64,000 nucleotides of DNA from an uncultured Bacteroidales bacterium (GTDB taxonomy: Bacteria > Bacteroidota > Bacteroidia > Bacteroidales > Muribaculaceae). The notes under the pieces are model-generated. The model was not told the origin of the DNA. It saw only the letters and a program-made list of their open reading frames with translations, and ran no database searches. Of the stretch, positions 51,773 through 62,700 are shown piece by piece; the first letter of the stretch is position 1; each line of letters begins with the position of its first letter. The DNA is taken from the NCBI GenBank assembly GCA_900542185.1, contig UQMZ01000001.1:65035-129034 (forward strand), in the 5' to 3' direction. Position numbers and translations under genes: made by a program.

Positions 51773-52528
51773 ATGAATGTACTTATTATAGAAGACGAGA
51801 GACATAACGCCGACAGGCTCACAAGGCTTCTCGACAGCAGCTTTGACGACATAACGGTTTACGGGCCCCTTCCAAGTATCGCCGATATACGCCGATTCTT
51901 TAATGAACCGGAAAAGATCGACCTCATTCTTGCCGACATACGCCTTTCCGACGGACTGAGTTTCGACGCGCTGAAAGATATTCCCGGCGACATACCGGTC
52001 ATTTTCACCACCGCTTACGACGAATATGCCCTTAAAGCATTTCATTACAACGGAATCGCCTATCTTCTGAAACCGGTTGAAAAGGAAGAACTTGTCGAGG
52101 CTGTCGAGAAAAGCAGACGGCTGGCAGCTCCGTCCGCGACAAAAGAGATAGCCGAGATTTACAGGCTCCTGCAAGGGAAACCGGAGGTATATCGGCAGCG
52201 CTTCCTCGTCGCCGAGAAAGACGGGTACATTACCGTGCCGGTATCAGAAATAAGTTATATTGCAGCCGAATCGGGTCTTGCACATCTATATCTTAAAAGC
52301 AAGAGGCAATATAACATCGACATGACTCTCGACGATATTGACACGCAGCTCGATCCGTTGCAGTTTTTCAGGGCGACCCGCCAGCAGATAGTGAACATAT
52401 CCTCGGTCCGTAGGATTTCAAACTGGTTCAACCGCAAGATCAGGATAATCCTTTCGGAGTATCCCGATGCAGAGATTGTCGTGGGCAAAGATAAAGTCAC
52501 GCGTCTCAAGCAATGGCTCGACCGCTGA
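51773..52528 (+). CDS. LytTR-family response regulator, 251 aa
   Basis: Receiver N-terminus MNVLIIEDE...DLILADIRL plus a C-terminal LytTR DNA-binding domain. Real start taken at 51773 rather than the track's 51665, which overlaps the kinase gene. Confidence 0.8.
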   Translation: MNVLIIEDERHNADRLTRLLDSSFDDITVYGPLPSIADIRRFFNEPEKIDLILADIRLSDGLSFDALKDIPGDIPVIFTTAYDEYALKAFHYNGIAYLLKPVEKEELVEAVEKSRRLAAPSATKEIAEIYRLLQGKPEVYRQRFLVAEKDGYITVPVSEISYIAAESGLAHLYLKSKRQYNIDMTLDDIDTQLDPLQFFRATRQQIVNISSVRRISNWFNRKIRIILSEYPDAEIVVGKDKVTRLKQWLDR

Positions 52529-52900
52529 TGTGTCATAAAAAGAATATTGATCCTGGGTATTATCGGATGTTTAGTTCATTGCGCTGGTAATGATTGAATT
52601 ATAGGCTTATAGTTGGCAAAATGAAAGCAGGATGGGGCGTTAAATTTTGTAATGTGGCGAAAAAATGGTAATTTTGTCGGCTGAAATTACGTTTAACAAT
52701 CATTGATCCGAATAACAAGAAGATTTTTCTCTCCCGAACGTTGAGTGGCTGCATGGAACGATAAGTGAGATAGCGCTTTATACTAAGGGTTAGGAAAACT
52801 AAACAAAAACGACTGAAGGTATTGCATTATGATTGGCTGCACGATATCATCATGCCGCATATTATAATGGTACGAATGCCTTACAGCTTATATTGAACTT

Positions 52901-54745
52901 ATGTGTGGAATAGTAGGATATATCGGAGACGGTAACGTCTACGACATCTTGATCAAGGGCTTGCACAGGCTGGAATACAGAGGCTATGACAGTGCCGGTG
53001 TGGCGCTGGTTGGCCGTGACGGCAAGCTGAACGTGTATAAGGCCAAGGGAAAAGTGGCGAATCTGGAAGCTTATTGCGAGCAGAAGGATCTGGATGCCGT
53101 GGCCGGCATCGCCCACACGCGCTGGGCAACCCACGGCGAGCCTTCGGATACTAACGCGCACCCTCATTACAGCGAGGACGGCAACATCGCATTAGTGCAC
53201 AACGGCACCATCGAGAACTACAAGGTGCTGAAGGACGCGCTGAAACAGCATGGCTGCGAATTCAAGTCCGAAACCGATACGGAGGTGCTGGTACAGCTTA
53301 TAGAGTATATACGCCTCACCAACAAATGCTCGCTGCTCAAGGCGGTGCGCAAGGCCTTGAAGCAGGTGGTGGGAGCTTACGCCATCGCAGTGGTGGACAA
53401 GACCAATCCCGATGTCATAATAGCTGCACGACAGAGCTCGCCGCTGGTGATAGGTATCGGCGAAAACGAGTTCTTCTTGGCTTCGGACGCCACGCCGTTC
53501 GTGGAATACACCAAGGAGGCCGTGTATCTGAAGGACGGCGAGATTGCCGAGATACGCCGCGGAATGCCCCTTAAGATCACCGACCTGGACAACAAGGAGG
53601 CCGACATCGACATCAAGAAGCTGGAGATGTCCATATCCCAGCTGGAGAAGGGTGGCTACCCGCACTTCATGCTGAAGGAGATATTCGAGCAGCCCAACAC
53701 CCTGCGCGACTGCATACGCGGCCGTGTTGTGGAAGGCGGAAAGCGCATCATCATTAACGGAGTGCTCGACAATAAGGAAAAATTCCAGAACTGCAAGCGC
53801 ATCGTGATTGTGGCATGCGGCACGTCGTGGCATGCCGGCCTGTTAGGCAAATACCTGATGCAGGACATGTGCAAGATTCCCGTGGAAGTGGAGTATGCCA
53901 GCGAGTTCCGTTATTCGAATCCGGTGCTTGACGACCGCGACATCGTGATAGCGATATCGCAGAGCGGCGAGACCGCCGACACGCTTGCAGCAGTGAAGAT
54001 AGCCCGCGAGAAGGGAGCCTTCGTGTTCGGCGTCAGCAACTCGGTGGGATCGTCAATACCGCGAGAGACCGACAGCGGCTGTTATATCCATGTCGGACCG
54101 GAGATAGGCGTGGCCTCGACCAAGGCGTTCACCGGCCAGGTGATGGTGCTTACGCTCGTGGCCCTGGCAGTGGCGCAGCTGCGCGGCACTATGGACGCCG
54201 ACACCATCGGCAAGATAGGCGCCAGGATTCTGGACATCCCCGGCAAGGTGGAGGAAGTGCTGAAATCGGCCGAATTCATCGAGCGCCTGTCGCTGACGTA
54301 CACTTATGCGCGCAACTTCCTGTATCTGGGACGCGGCTACAGCTATCCTGTAGCCCTGGAGGGTGCGTTGAAGCTGAAGGAAATATCGTATATCCACGCC
54401 GAGGGTTATCCCGCCGCCGAAATGAAGCATGGCCCCATCGCACTTATCGATCAGGAGATGCCGTCGGTGATAATCGCGCCCAACGACCACCTGTACGAGA
54501 AGATAGTGAGCAATGTGCAGCAGGTCAAGGCCCGCGGGGGCAACATCCTGGCCATCGTGAGCCAGGGTGATACCGAGATATGCAAGATAGCCGACCATGT
54601 GGTGGAGGTGCCCGAGATGCCCGAGTGTCTGACGCCCATCATCACCAGCATCCCGCTGCAGCTGCTGAGCTATTATGTGGCCATCAACAAGGGGAAGAAC
54701 GTGGACATGCCGCGCAACCTTGCGAAATCGGTCACTGTGGAGTAA
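52901..54745 (+). CDS. glmS: Glutamine--fructose-6-phosphate aminotransferase GlmS, 614 aa
   Basis: N-terminal MCGIVGYIG nucleophile, two SIS domains, C-terminal ...SVTVE. Confidence 0.9.
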   Translation: MCGIVGYIGDGNVYDILIKGLHRLEYRGYDSAGVALVGRDGKLNVYKAKGKVANLEAYCEQKDLDAVAGIAHTRWATHGEPSDTNAHPHYSEDGNIALVHNGTIENYKVLKDALKQHGCEFKSETDTEVLVQLIEYIRLTNKCSLLKAVRKALKQVVGAYAIAVVDKTNPDVIIAARQSSPLVIGIGENEFFLASDATPFVEYTKEAVYLKDGEIAEIRRGMPLKITDLDNKEADIDIKKLEMSISQLEKGGYPHFMLKEIFEQPNTLRDCIRGRVVEGGKRIIINGVLDNKEKFQNCKRIVIVACGTSWHAGLLGKYLMQDMCKIPVEVEYASEFRYSNPVLDDRDIVIAISQSGETADTLAAVKIAREKGAFVFGVSNSVGSSIPRETDSGCYIHVGPEIGVASTKAFTGQVMVLTLVALAVAQLRGTMDADTIGKIGARILDIPGKVEEVLKSAEFIERLSLTYTYARNFLYLGRGYSYPVALEGALKLKEISYIHAEGYPAAEMKHGPIALIDQEMPSVIIAPNDHLYEKIVSNVQQVKARGGNILAIVSQGDTEICKIADHVVEVPEMPECLTPIITSIPLQLLSYYVAINKGKNVDMPRNLAKSVTVE

Positions 54746-54805
54746 TTTTGTGATGACTGAAATACAGAGGGTTGCTAAATTTTTTCAAAAAATTAACGGA
54801 TAATA

Positions 54806-54837
54806 TTTGCACAAGAATAAAATTCGTTATAACTTTG
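54806..54837 (+). promoter_or_regulatory. Bacteroidota promoter (-33 TTTG at 54806-54809; -7 TAACTTTG at 54830-54837) for the tRNA-tuf transcription unit
   Basis: 20-nt spacing, about 55 nt upstream of tRNA-Tyr. Confidence 0.5.
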
Positions 54838-54890
54838 CACTCGGATTCGCGAAAAGTGGTCAAGTAAAGACCTCGTGAGGGAATCCGGAA

Positions 54891-54973
54891 GGGTGGATAC
54901 CAGAGTGGCCAAATGGGGCAGACTGTAAATCTGCTGGCTTACGCCTACGGTGGTTCGAATCCATCTCCACCCA
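54891..54973 (+). tRNA. tRNA-Tyr (GTA)
   Basis: Acceptor stem GGGTGGA/TCCACCC. Anticodon loop CTGTAAA. Long variable arm. TTCGAATCC T-loop. Confidence 0.8.
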
Positions 54974-54992
54974 CAACGCAGAACGTTGCATT

Positions 54993-55065
54993 GCGGAAGT
55001 AGCTCAGTTGGTAGAGCATTAGCCTTCCAAGCTAAGGGTCGCGAGTTCGAACCTCGTCTTCCGCT
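54993..55065 (+). tRNA. tRNA-Gly (TCC)
   Basis: Acceptor stem GCGGAAG/CTTCCGC. Anticodon loop CTTCCAA. TTCGAACC T-loop. Confidence 0.8.
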
Positions 55066-55073
55066 CAAAAAAT

Positions 55074-55145
<72 letters not shown>

Positions 55146-55207
55146 CCAAGTTATTATCAACCTCCTCCTCGATTCAAGAGGAAAAATCAAAATCAAAATA
55201 TAGCAAA

Positions 55208-56395
55208 ATGGCTAAAGAAAAATTTGAAAGAACCAAACCCCACGTGAACATCGGTACGATCGGTCACGTAGACCATGGCAAGACCACTCTTACGGCTGCC
55301 ATCACCAAGGTTCTTGCAGAGAAAGGTCTTTCCGAGCTTCGCTCGTTCGATTCAATCGACAACGCTCCCGAGGAGAAGGAGCGTGGTATAACCATCAACA
55401 CAGCCCACGTTGAGTACGAGACAGCTAACCGTCACTACGCTCACGTAGACTGCCCGGGACACGCCGACTATGTGAAGAACATGGTAACCGGTGCAGCCCA
55501 GATGGACGGTGCCATCATCGTAGTTGCCGCTACCGACGGTCCGATGCCCCAGACCCGTGAGCACATCCTGCTCGCCCGTCAGGTGAACGTTCCCCGTCTG
55601 GTTGTATTCATGAACAAGTGCGACCAGGTAGACGACGAGGAGATGCTCGAGCTCGTTGAGATGGATATGCGCGACCTTCTGTCGCAGTACGAATATGACG
55701 GTGACAACACCCCCGTTATCCGCGGTTCCGCGCTGGGTGCCCTTGAGGGCGATCCGAAGTGGGTTGAAAAGGTAATGGAGCTGATGGATGCCGTTGACAC
55801 ATGGATTCCGCTGCCTCCGCGTGACGTGGACAAGCCCTTCCTGATGCCCGTTGAGGACGTATTCTCGATCACAGGTCGTGGTACTGTTGCAACAGGTCGT
55901 ATCGAGGCTGGCCGCGTAAAGGTTGGCGACGAGGTTCAGATCCTGGGTCTGGGCGAGGACAAGAAGTCGGTTGTAACCGGCGTCGAGATGTTCCGCAAGA
56001 TTCTGGACGAGGGCGAGGCCGGTGATAACGTAGGTCTGCTGCTCCGCGGTATCGACAAGGACGAGGTTAAGCGCGGTATGGTAATCTGCCATCCCGGACA
56101 GGTTAAGCCTCACGATCACTTCAAGGCTCAGGTCTACATCCTGAAGAAGGAAGAGGGTGGCCGTCACACACCGTTCCACAACAAGTATCGTCCCCAGTTC
56201 TACATCCGTACGCTTGACGTAACCGGTGAGATCGCTCTGCCGGAGGGTGTTGAGATGGTAATGCCCGGCGATAACGTTGAGATCGACGTTAAGCTGATCA
56301 CCAAGGTAGCCATGGATCAGGGTCTGCGTTTCGCAATCCGCGAGGGTGGCCGCACGGTAGGATCGGGTCAGATCACAGCCGTAATCGACGACTAA
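55208..56395 (+). CDS. tuf: Elongation factor Tu, 395 aa
   Basis: [28 protein letters not shown]... GTPase motifs. Confidence 0.95.
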   Translation: MAKEKFERTKPHVNIGTIGHVDHGKTTLTAAITKVLAEKGLSELRSFDSIDNAPEEKERGITINTAHVEYETANRHYAHVDCPGHADYVKNMVTGAAQMDGAIIVVAATDGPMPQTREHILLARQVNVPRLVVFMNKCDQVDDEEMLELVEMDMRDLLSQYEYDGDNTPVIRGSALGALEGDPKWVEKVMELMDAVDTWIPLPPRDVDKPFLMPVEDVFSITGRGTVATGRIEAGRVKVGDEVQILGLGEDKKSVVTGVEMFRKILDEGEAGDNVGLLLRGIDKDEVKRGMVICHPGQVKPHDHFKAQVYILKKEEGGRHTPFHNKYRPQFYIRTLDVTGEIALPEGVEMVMPGDNVEIDVKLITKVAMDQGLRFAIREGGRTVGSGQITAVIDD

Positions 56396-56409
56396 TCACA
56401 GCATAGCTG

Positions 56410-56435
56410 ACACATAAAGGGGGCCTTCCCCGACA
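56410..56435 (+). terminator. GC-rich stem-loop (GGGGCCTTCC-CCGACA-GGAAGGCCCC) between tuf and tRNA-Trp; terminator or processing hairpin without a U-tract
   Basis: 10-bp perfect inverted repeat read directly. Confidence 0.4.
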
Positions 56436-56451
56436 GGAAGGCCCCATATAC

Positions 56452-56524
56452 ACGGGAATAGCTCAGTTGGTAGAGCATTGGTCTCCAAAACCAAGGGTCG
56501 AGAGTTCGAGTCTTTCTTCCCGTG
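56452..56524 (+). tRNA. tRNA-Trp (CCA)
   Basis: Acceptor stem ACGGGAA/TTCCCGT. Anticodon loop CTCCAAA. TTCGAGTC T-loop. Confidence 0.8.
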
Positions 56525-56540
56525 CTTATTATATACGAAG

Positions 56541-56732
56541 ATGAAATTAATAAAGGATATCAAGGAATCTTATAACGAGTTGGTTTATAAGGTTTCGTGG
56601 CCAACGCAGAAACAGGTTATCAACAGCTCGGTGCTGGTGCTGATAGCTTCCATCATACTGGCAGTTTTTATCTGGGCGGTTGACAAGGTGTTCTCATTGC
56701 TGATGGAGTTAATCTACAGCATCAATTTCTAA
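56541..56732 (+). CDS. secE: Preprotein translocase subunit SecE, 63 aa
   Basis: MKLIKDIKESYNELVYKVSWPTQKQV... plus a single TM. The ORF-track start at 56478 would overlap tRNA-Trp, so the internal ATG at 56541 is preferred. Confidence 0.8.
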   Translation: MKLIKDIKESYNELVYKVSWPTQKQVINSSVLVLIASIILAVFIWAVDKVFSLLMELIYSINF

Positions 56733-56757
56733 CAAAGCAAGTAAAGCGAAGAAATCA

Positions 56758-57312
56758 ATGGCTGAGGTCAAAAAGAGATGGTATGTATTGCGTGCCATTT
56801 CGGGGAAAGAGGCTAAAGTCAAGGAGATTCTTGATGCGTCAATCAAGAATACTGACCTTGGCAAACATGTGTCGCAGGTGCTGATTCCGACAGAGAAGAA
56901 GTACACTACGACTCCCAGTGGCAAGAAGGTGTTGAGGGAGCACAATCTGTACTCCGGTTACGTGTTTGTAGAAGCCGCCCTTACGGGAGAGGTAATCTAT
57001 GAGCTGCGCAACACTACGAATGTCATTGATTTTCTGCGTGGACGTAGCAAGACGAGTGATCCGGTGCCGTTGACGCCCGACGAGGTGAAGCGCATGCTCG
57101 GCCGTCAGGAGGAGACAAGCGCTCCGGTTGTCGATATGATCGACAACTACCTGGAGGGAGAGACGGTGAAGGTGAACTACGGACCGTTCAGCGGCTTTAC
57201 GGGCACCATCAAGGAAATTGACCGCGAGAGAAGCCGTGTCAAGGTCGAGGTCAAGATATTTGGCCGAGGCAATGACCTGGTGTTGGAAATATCCCAAGTG
57301 GAGAAGGTGTGA
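56758..57312 (+). CDS. nusG: Transcription termination/antitermination factor NusG, 184 aa
   Basis: NGN domain WYVLRAISGKE and C-terminal KOW domain. Conserved position after secE. Confidence 0.9.
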   Translation: MAEVKKRWYVLRAISGKEAKVKEILDASIKNTDLGKHVSQVLIPTEKKYTTTPSGKKVLREHNLYSGYVFVEAALTGEVIYELRNTTNVIDFLRGRSKTSDPVPLTPDEVKRMLGRQEETSAPVVDMIDNYLEGETVKVNYGPFSGFTGTIKEIDRERSRVKVEVKIFGRGNDLVLEISQVEKV

Positions 57313-57381
57313 CGCAGCGTTGATGTTACGCGGCGTTTCGTCGCATGGTAACCACACAAACTACAAATAACAGATAGGACA

Positions 57382-57825
57382 ATGGCAAAAGAAATTGCTG
57401 GACAGATCAAATTGCAGATCAAGGGTGGCGCAGCAAATCCGTCACCGCCAGTCGGACCTGCACTGGGTTCGAAGGGTATCAACATCATGGAATTTTGCAA
57501 GCAATTCAATGCCCGTACCCAGGACAAGGCCGGGAAGGTTTTGCCGGTAGTAATAACCTACTATTCGGACAAGAGCTTCGACTTTGTAGTGAAGACGCCT
57601 CCTGTGGCAGTACAGCTGAAGGAGACGGCAAAGCTGAAGAGCGGATCGGCACAGCCGAACCGTAACAAAGTAGCCGAAATCACATGGGAACAGGTCAAGG
57701 CAATTGCAACAGACAAGATGCCGGATTTGAACTGTTTCACCATTGAGTCTGCCATGCGCATGGTAGCGGGAACTGCCCGCAGCATGGGTATAACCGTAAA
57801 GGGAGCATTTCCCGAAAACAATTAA
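57382..57825 (+). CDS. rplK: 50S ribosomal protein L11
   Basis: [29 protein letters not shown]... Confidence 0.95.
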   Translation: MAKEIAGQIKLQIKGGAANPSPPVGPALGSKGINIMEFCKQFNARTQDKAGKVLPVVITYYSDKSFDFVVKTPPVAVQLKETAKLKSGSAQPNRNKVAEITWEQVKAIATDKMPDLNCFTIESAMRMVAGTARSMGITVKGAFPENN

Positions 57826-57837
57826 TCTTCAAAGACA

Positions 57838-58533
57838 ATGGGAAAACTGACAAAGAATCAGAAGTTAGCTTTATCGAAGATTGAGCCCGGGAAGTCGTAC
57901 AACCTTGCGGAGGCAGCAGAGAAGGTGAAGGAGACAGCGTTCGAGAAGTTCGACGCGTCGTTTGACATAGATGTACGTCTTGGCGTAGACCCCCGTAAGG
58001 CCGACCAGATGGTACGTGGCGTTGTGTCACTGCCTCACGGAACCGGTAAGGAGGTACGCGTGCTTGTAATGTGCGGACCCGACGCAGAGGCAGCAGCCAA
58101 GGAGGCCGGCGCCGATTACGTAGGTCTGGACGAGTACATCCAGAAGATCAAGGACGGTTGGACGGACGTTGACGTAATCATCACCCAGCCCTCCGTGATG
58201 GGCAAGCTCGGTCCCTTGGGCCGTATCCTTGGTCCGCGCGGACTGATGCCTAACCCCAAGAGCGGTACCGTGACAATGGACGTCGCCAAGGCTGTGAAGG
58301 AGGTTAAGCAGGGTAAGATTGACTTCAAGGTGGACAAGACCGGAATCGTTCACGCCAGCATCGGCAAGACATCGTTCTCGGCCGAGGCAATGCGCGACAA
58401 CGCCAAGGAGTTCATCAACACACTCATTAAGTTGAAACCGGCCACTTCGAAAGGCACATATATCAAGAGCATTTATCTTTCAAGCACGATGGGCCCGGGC
58501 ATCAAGGTCGAGCCGAAGTCGGTTGCGGAGTAA
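57838..58533 (+). CDS. rplA: 50S ribosomal protein L1
   Basis: [26 protein letters not shown]... Confidence 0.95.
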   Translation: MGKLTKNQKLALSKIEPGKSYNLAEAAEKVKETAFEKFDASFDIDVRLGVDPRKADQMVRGVVSLPHGTGKEVRVLVMCGPDAEAAAKEAGADYVGLDEYIQKIKDGWTDVDVIITQPSVMGKLGPLGRILGPRGLMPNPKSGTVTMDVAKAVKEVKQGKIDFKVDKTGIVHASIGKTSFSAEAMRDNAKEFINTLIKLKPATSKGTYIKSIYLSSTMGPGIKVEPKSVAE

Positions 58534-58552
58534 TTTTTAAAACTGAAAATCG

Positions 58553-59077
58553 ATGAAAAAGGAAGATAAAGCTAAGATCATAGAGAGCATAGGCGGCGAG
58601 CTGGCACAGTACAGCTGCGTGTACTTGGTGCAGACCCAGGGTCTGAACGCCGAGAAGACAAGCGCACTGCGCCGCGCATGCTTCGGAGCCGAGGTAAAGA
58701 TGCTGTGCGTGAAGAACACACTGCTGAAGAAGGCTCTGGAGGCAAGCGAGACCGACTATTCGGAGTTGTACGATCTTCTCCACGGTGAGACGACACTTCT
58801 GCTGAGCAACACGGGCAACGCTCCCGCGAAGCTGATCAAGAAGTTCCGCGACAAGAAGGAGACCCTTCCGTTGCTGAAGGGCGCCTACGTGGAGGAAACA
58901 GTTTATGTTGGCGAGGAGAACTTGGAGACCCTTTCCAATATCAAGAGCAAGAACGAACTTATCGCAGATGTTGTGGCACTGCTGCAGTCGCCTGCTAAGA
59001 ACGTGATCAGCGCCCTGCAGAGCGGAGGCAATCTGCTGCACGGCGTGCTCGAGACCCTCTCCAAGAAAGAAGCATAA
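58553..59077 (+). CDS. rplJ: 50S ribosomal protein L10
   Basis: Position and the L10 fold sequence. Confidence 0.9.
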   Translation: MKKEDKAKIIESIGGELAQYSCVYLVQTQGLNAEKTSALRRACFGAEVKMLCVKNTLLKKALEASETDYSELYDLLHGETTLLLSNTGNAPAKLIKKFRDKKETLPLLKGAYVEETVYVGEENLETLSNIKSKNELIADVVALLQSPAKNVISALQSGGNLLHGVLETLSKKEA

Positions 59078-59112
59078 ACCAACATAGTAAAAAATTAAAA
59101 AAAGATACGAAA

Positions 59113-59487
59113 ATGGCAGATTTGAAAGCATTTGCAGAGCAGCTTGTAAACCTCACCGTAAAGGAAGTGAACGAACTGGCTGAGATACTGAAGAACGAGT
59201 ACGGCATCGAGCCGGCAGCTGCAGCTGTAGCAGTAGCAGCAGGTCCCGCCGCAGCAGGCGCAGCCGCTGAGGAGAAGACCAACTTCGACGTAGTTCTGAA
59301 AGCAGCCGGCGCAAGCAAACTGGCTGTTGTAAAGCTGGTTAAGGAGCTGACCGGTCTGGGCCTGAAAGAGGCTAAGGAACTGGTTGACGGTGCTCCCAAC
59401 ACCATCAAGGAAGGTCTTCCCAAGGCTGAGGCCGAGGGCCTGAAGAAGCAGCTTGAGGAGGCTGGTGCTGAGGTTGAACTCAAGTAA
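59113..59487 (+). CDS. rplL: 50S ribosomal protein L7/L12
   Basis: Ala-rich hinge and C-terminal ...[13 protein letters not shown]...[10 protein letters not shown]. Confidence 0.95.
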   Translation: MADLKAFAEQLVNLTVKEVNELAEILKNEYGIEPAAAAVAVAAGPAAAGAAAEEKTNFDVVLKAAGASKLAVVKLVKELTGLGLKEAKELVDGAPNTIKEGLPKAEAEGLKKQLEEAGAEVELK

Positions 59488-59504
59488 GATCCAATTCTGA
59501 CAAC

Positions 59505-59552
59505 AAATAGGTTAAGAACGCTCCACATTATGTTTGCGTTCTTAACCTATTA
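59505..59552 (+). terminator. rplL-rpoB intergenic attenuator/terminator hairpin (16-bp perfect stem AAATAGGTTAAGAACGC / GCGTTCTTAACCTATT, 14-nt loop)
   Basis: Perfect inverted repeat read directly, followed by an A/T-rich tract. Confidence 0.6.
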
Positions 59553-59776
59553 TAATCTATCATCGATGCCCCCAGGACGTCGATGATTACGTGCGAATGG
59601 ACCCCCTGTGTCCAATGCATTTGTATTCCTCTCGTATCTCACGAAATAACCCTCTCTCAATCATATTCCTTTCTTCTCTTAAACCGCCGGGTGACATAAG
59701 AAGCTTTTGCAGTTTTTGAAAACATAGATAGAAATTCCTTCGCCGCCACCGGCAATAAAGAACTAAATCCCAACCA

Positions 59777-62700
59777 ATGTCAGTAAATTTAACCGAAAAA
59801 CCGCGAGTAAACTTCGCGTCGATTAAAAATCCGCTGCCGTTTCCGGATTTCCTTGAGATACAGCTGAAGTCGTTCCGCGACTTCCTGCAGCTGGACACTC
59901 CTCCGGAAGAGCGCAAGAATCAGGGATTGTACAAAGTATTCGCCGAGAATTTCCCCATCACGGACACGCGCAACAATTTTGTGCTGGAATTCCTCGACTA
60001 TTACATTGATCCTCCGCGTTATACCATCGACGAATGTCTGAAAAGGGGTCTGACTTACAGCGTGCCCTTGAAGGCGAAGCTGAAGCTGTCATGCACCGAT
60101 CCGGACCATGTGGATTTCGACACCACTATCCAGGACGTGTATCTCGGCACCATTCCGTACATGACGGAGCAGGGTACATTCGTGATCAACGGCGCCGAGC
60201 GCGTTGTCGTATCGCAGCTGCACCGCTCGCCGGGCGTATTTTTCGGTAACAGCATGCATGCCAACGGCACAAAGCTGTATTCGGCTCGTATCATACCGTT
60301 CCGCGGCTCATGGATTGAGTTCGCCACCGACATCAACAACGTGATGTATGCCTACATCGACCGTAAGAAGAAACTTCCCGTCACCACTCTGCTCCGTGCC
60401 ATCGGATTCGAGACGGATAAGGAGATCGTGGAGATATTCGACCTGGCCGAGGAAATAAAGGTGACGGAAAGCAACCTCAAGAAGGTGATAGGACGTCGCC
60501 TGGCCGGTCGCGTGATGGAGAGCATGCACGAGGATTTCGTAGATCCCGACACTGGCGAGGTTACGAGCATGGAACGCAACACATTGATCGTGGAGCGTGG
60601 AAGCGAAATTTCCGAAGACAACATCGAAATGATCCTGAACAGCGGCGTCAAGACCATCCTCCTGGAGAAAGAGGGTGTGGCTGCCGTTGACTACAGCATA
60701 ATATTCAACACCCTGCAGCGCGACATGTCGAACTCCGAGCAGGAGGCAGTCACGTACATCTACCGACAGTTGCGTAACGCCGATCCACCGGATCCCGCAT
60801 CGGCGCGCGAGGTGATTCAGAGCCTCTTCTTCTCCGAGAAGCGTTATGACCTGGGCGAGGTAGGCCGCTACCGTATCAACAAGAAGCTGGGTCTCGACAC
60901 TCCGATGGAGGTGAAGGTGCTGACGCGCGAGGACATCATCGCCATCATCAAGTATCTGATAGAGCTGATAAATGCCAAGAGCGACGTGGACGATATCGAC
61001 CACCTGAGCAACCGTCGCGTGCGCACCGTGGGCGAGCAGCTTTACAACCAGTTCGGGGTGGGTCTGGCCCGTATAGCCCGTTCCATCCGCGAGAAGATGA
61101 ACGTGCGTGACAACGAGGTGTTCAAGCCCATCGACCTGATCAACGCCAAGACCATCTCGGCAGTGATCAACACATTCTTCGGCACCAACGCGCTGTCGCA
61201 GTTCATGGACCAGACCAACCCTCTGGCCGAGATCACGCACAAGCGCCGTATGTCGGCCCTTGGCCCCGGCGGTCTGAGCCGCGAGCGCGCAGGCTTCGAG
61301 GTGCGAGACGTGCACTATACCCATTACGGTCGTCTGTGCCCGATCGAGACCCCTGAGGGTCCTAACATCGGTCTGATCTCCAGTCTCTGCGTATACGCCA
61401 AGATCAACAACCTCGGCTTCATCGAGACTCCCTACCGCAAGGTGGAGAACGGCGTGGTGGACCTGAACAACGACGACGTCGTATATATGACCGCCGAGAT
61501 AGAGGAGGGCAAGACCATCGCACAGGGCAACGCCCCCGTGAACGACGACGGTACGTTCATCAACAACCGTGTCAAGGCCCGTCTGGAGGCCGACTTCCCG
61601 ATTGTGGCTCCCAACGAGCTGGATCTGATGGATGTGTCGCCTCTGCAGATCGCATCGATCGCCGCATCGCTGATTCCGTTCCTGGAGCACGACGACGCAA
61701 ACCGCGCCCTTATGGGATCGAACATGATGCGCCAGGCCGTGCCGTTGTTGCGCAGCGAGGCTCCTATTGTCGGAACCGGTATCGAGGGTCAGCTGATACG
61801 CGACTCGCGTACGCAGATCACGGCCGAAGGCAAGGGCGTCATAGAGTATGTGGACGCCGAGCGTATCCGCATCAAGTACGACCGCACCGAGGACGAGGAG
61901 TTCGTGGAATTCGAACCCGCGACCAAAGAATACAAGCTGCCCAAATTCCGCCGTACCAACCAGGGTACCACCATCGACTTGCGTCCCATCTGCAACAAGG
62001 GCCAGCGAGTAGAGGAGGGCGACATCCTGACCGAGGGTTACTCCACGGAGAAGGGCGAGCTGGCACTGGGCCGCAACCTGAAGGTGGCGTTCATGCCCTG
62101 GAAGGGTTACAACTACGAGGATGCCATCGTGCTGAACGAGCGTATGGTCCGCGAGGACATACTGACTTCGGTGCATGTGGACGAATATAGCATAGACGTG
62201 CGCGAGACCAAGCGCGGCATGGAGGAGCTGACTTCGGATATCCCGAACGTGAGCGAGGATGCCACCAAGGATCTGGACGAGCGCGGTATAATCCGTGTCG
62301 GAGCGTATGTAGTGCCCGGTGACATCATGATCGGTAAGATCACGCCTAAGGGCGAGAGCGACCCGACGCCCGAGGAGAAGCTGCTGCGCGCCATATTCGG
62401 CGACAAGGCAGGCGACGTGAAGGATGCCTCGCTGAAGGCTACCCCGTCGCTGAAAGGCGTGGTGATAGGCACTTCCCTGTTCAGCAAAGCCACCAAGAAG
62501 AAAGGCAACAAGAACAGCGTCAACGCGCAGTTGCCCATGCTGGTGGAGGAATACGAGGAGAAGCAGACCGAACTGAAGGACCTTATGATCTCCAAGCTGA
62601 AGGCTCTGCTGAAGGGTAAGAAATCCATGGGTATCCAGGACTACATCGGCGTGGACATCGTGCCCAAGGGCTCGACATTCGACAACATAGACTTCAACTC

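Noticed and set aside
51665-52528. Upstream-extended response-regulator ORF
   Set aside because: The extension overlaps the 3' end of the kinase gene. The receiver domain begins at MNVLIIEDE (51773).
56478-56732. 84-aa secE ORF
   Set aside because: The first 63 nt overlap tRNA-Trp. The shorter start at 56541 is used.
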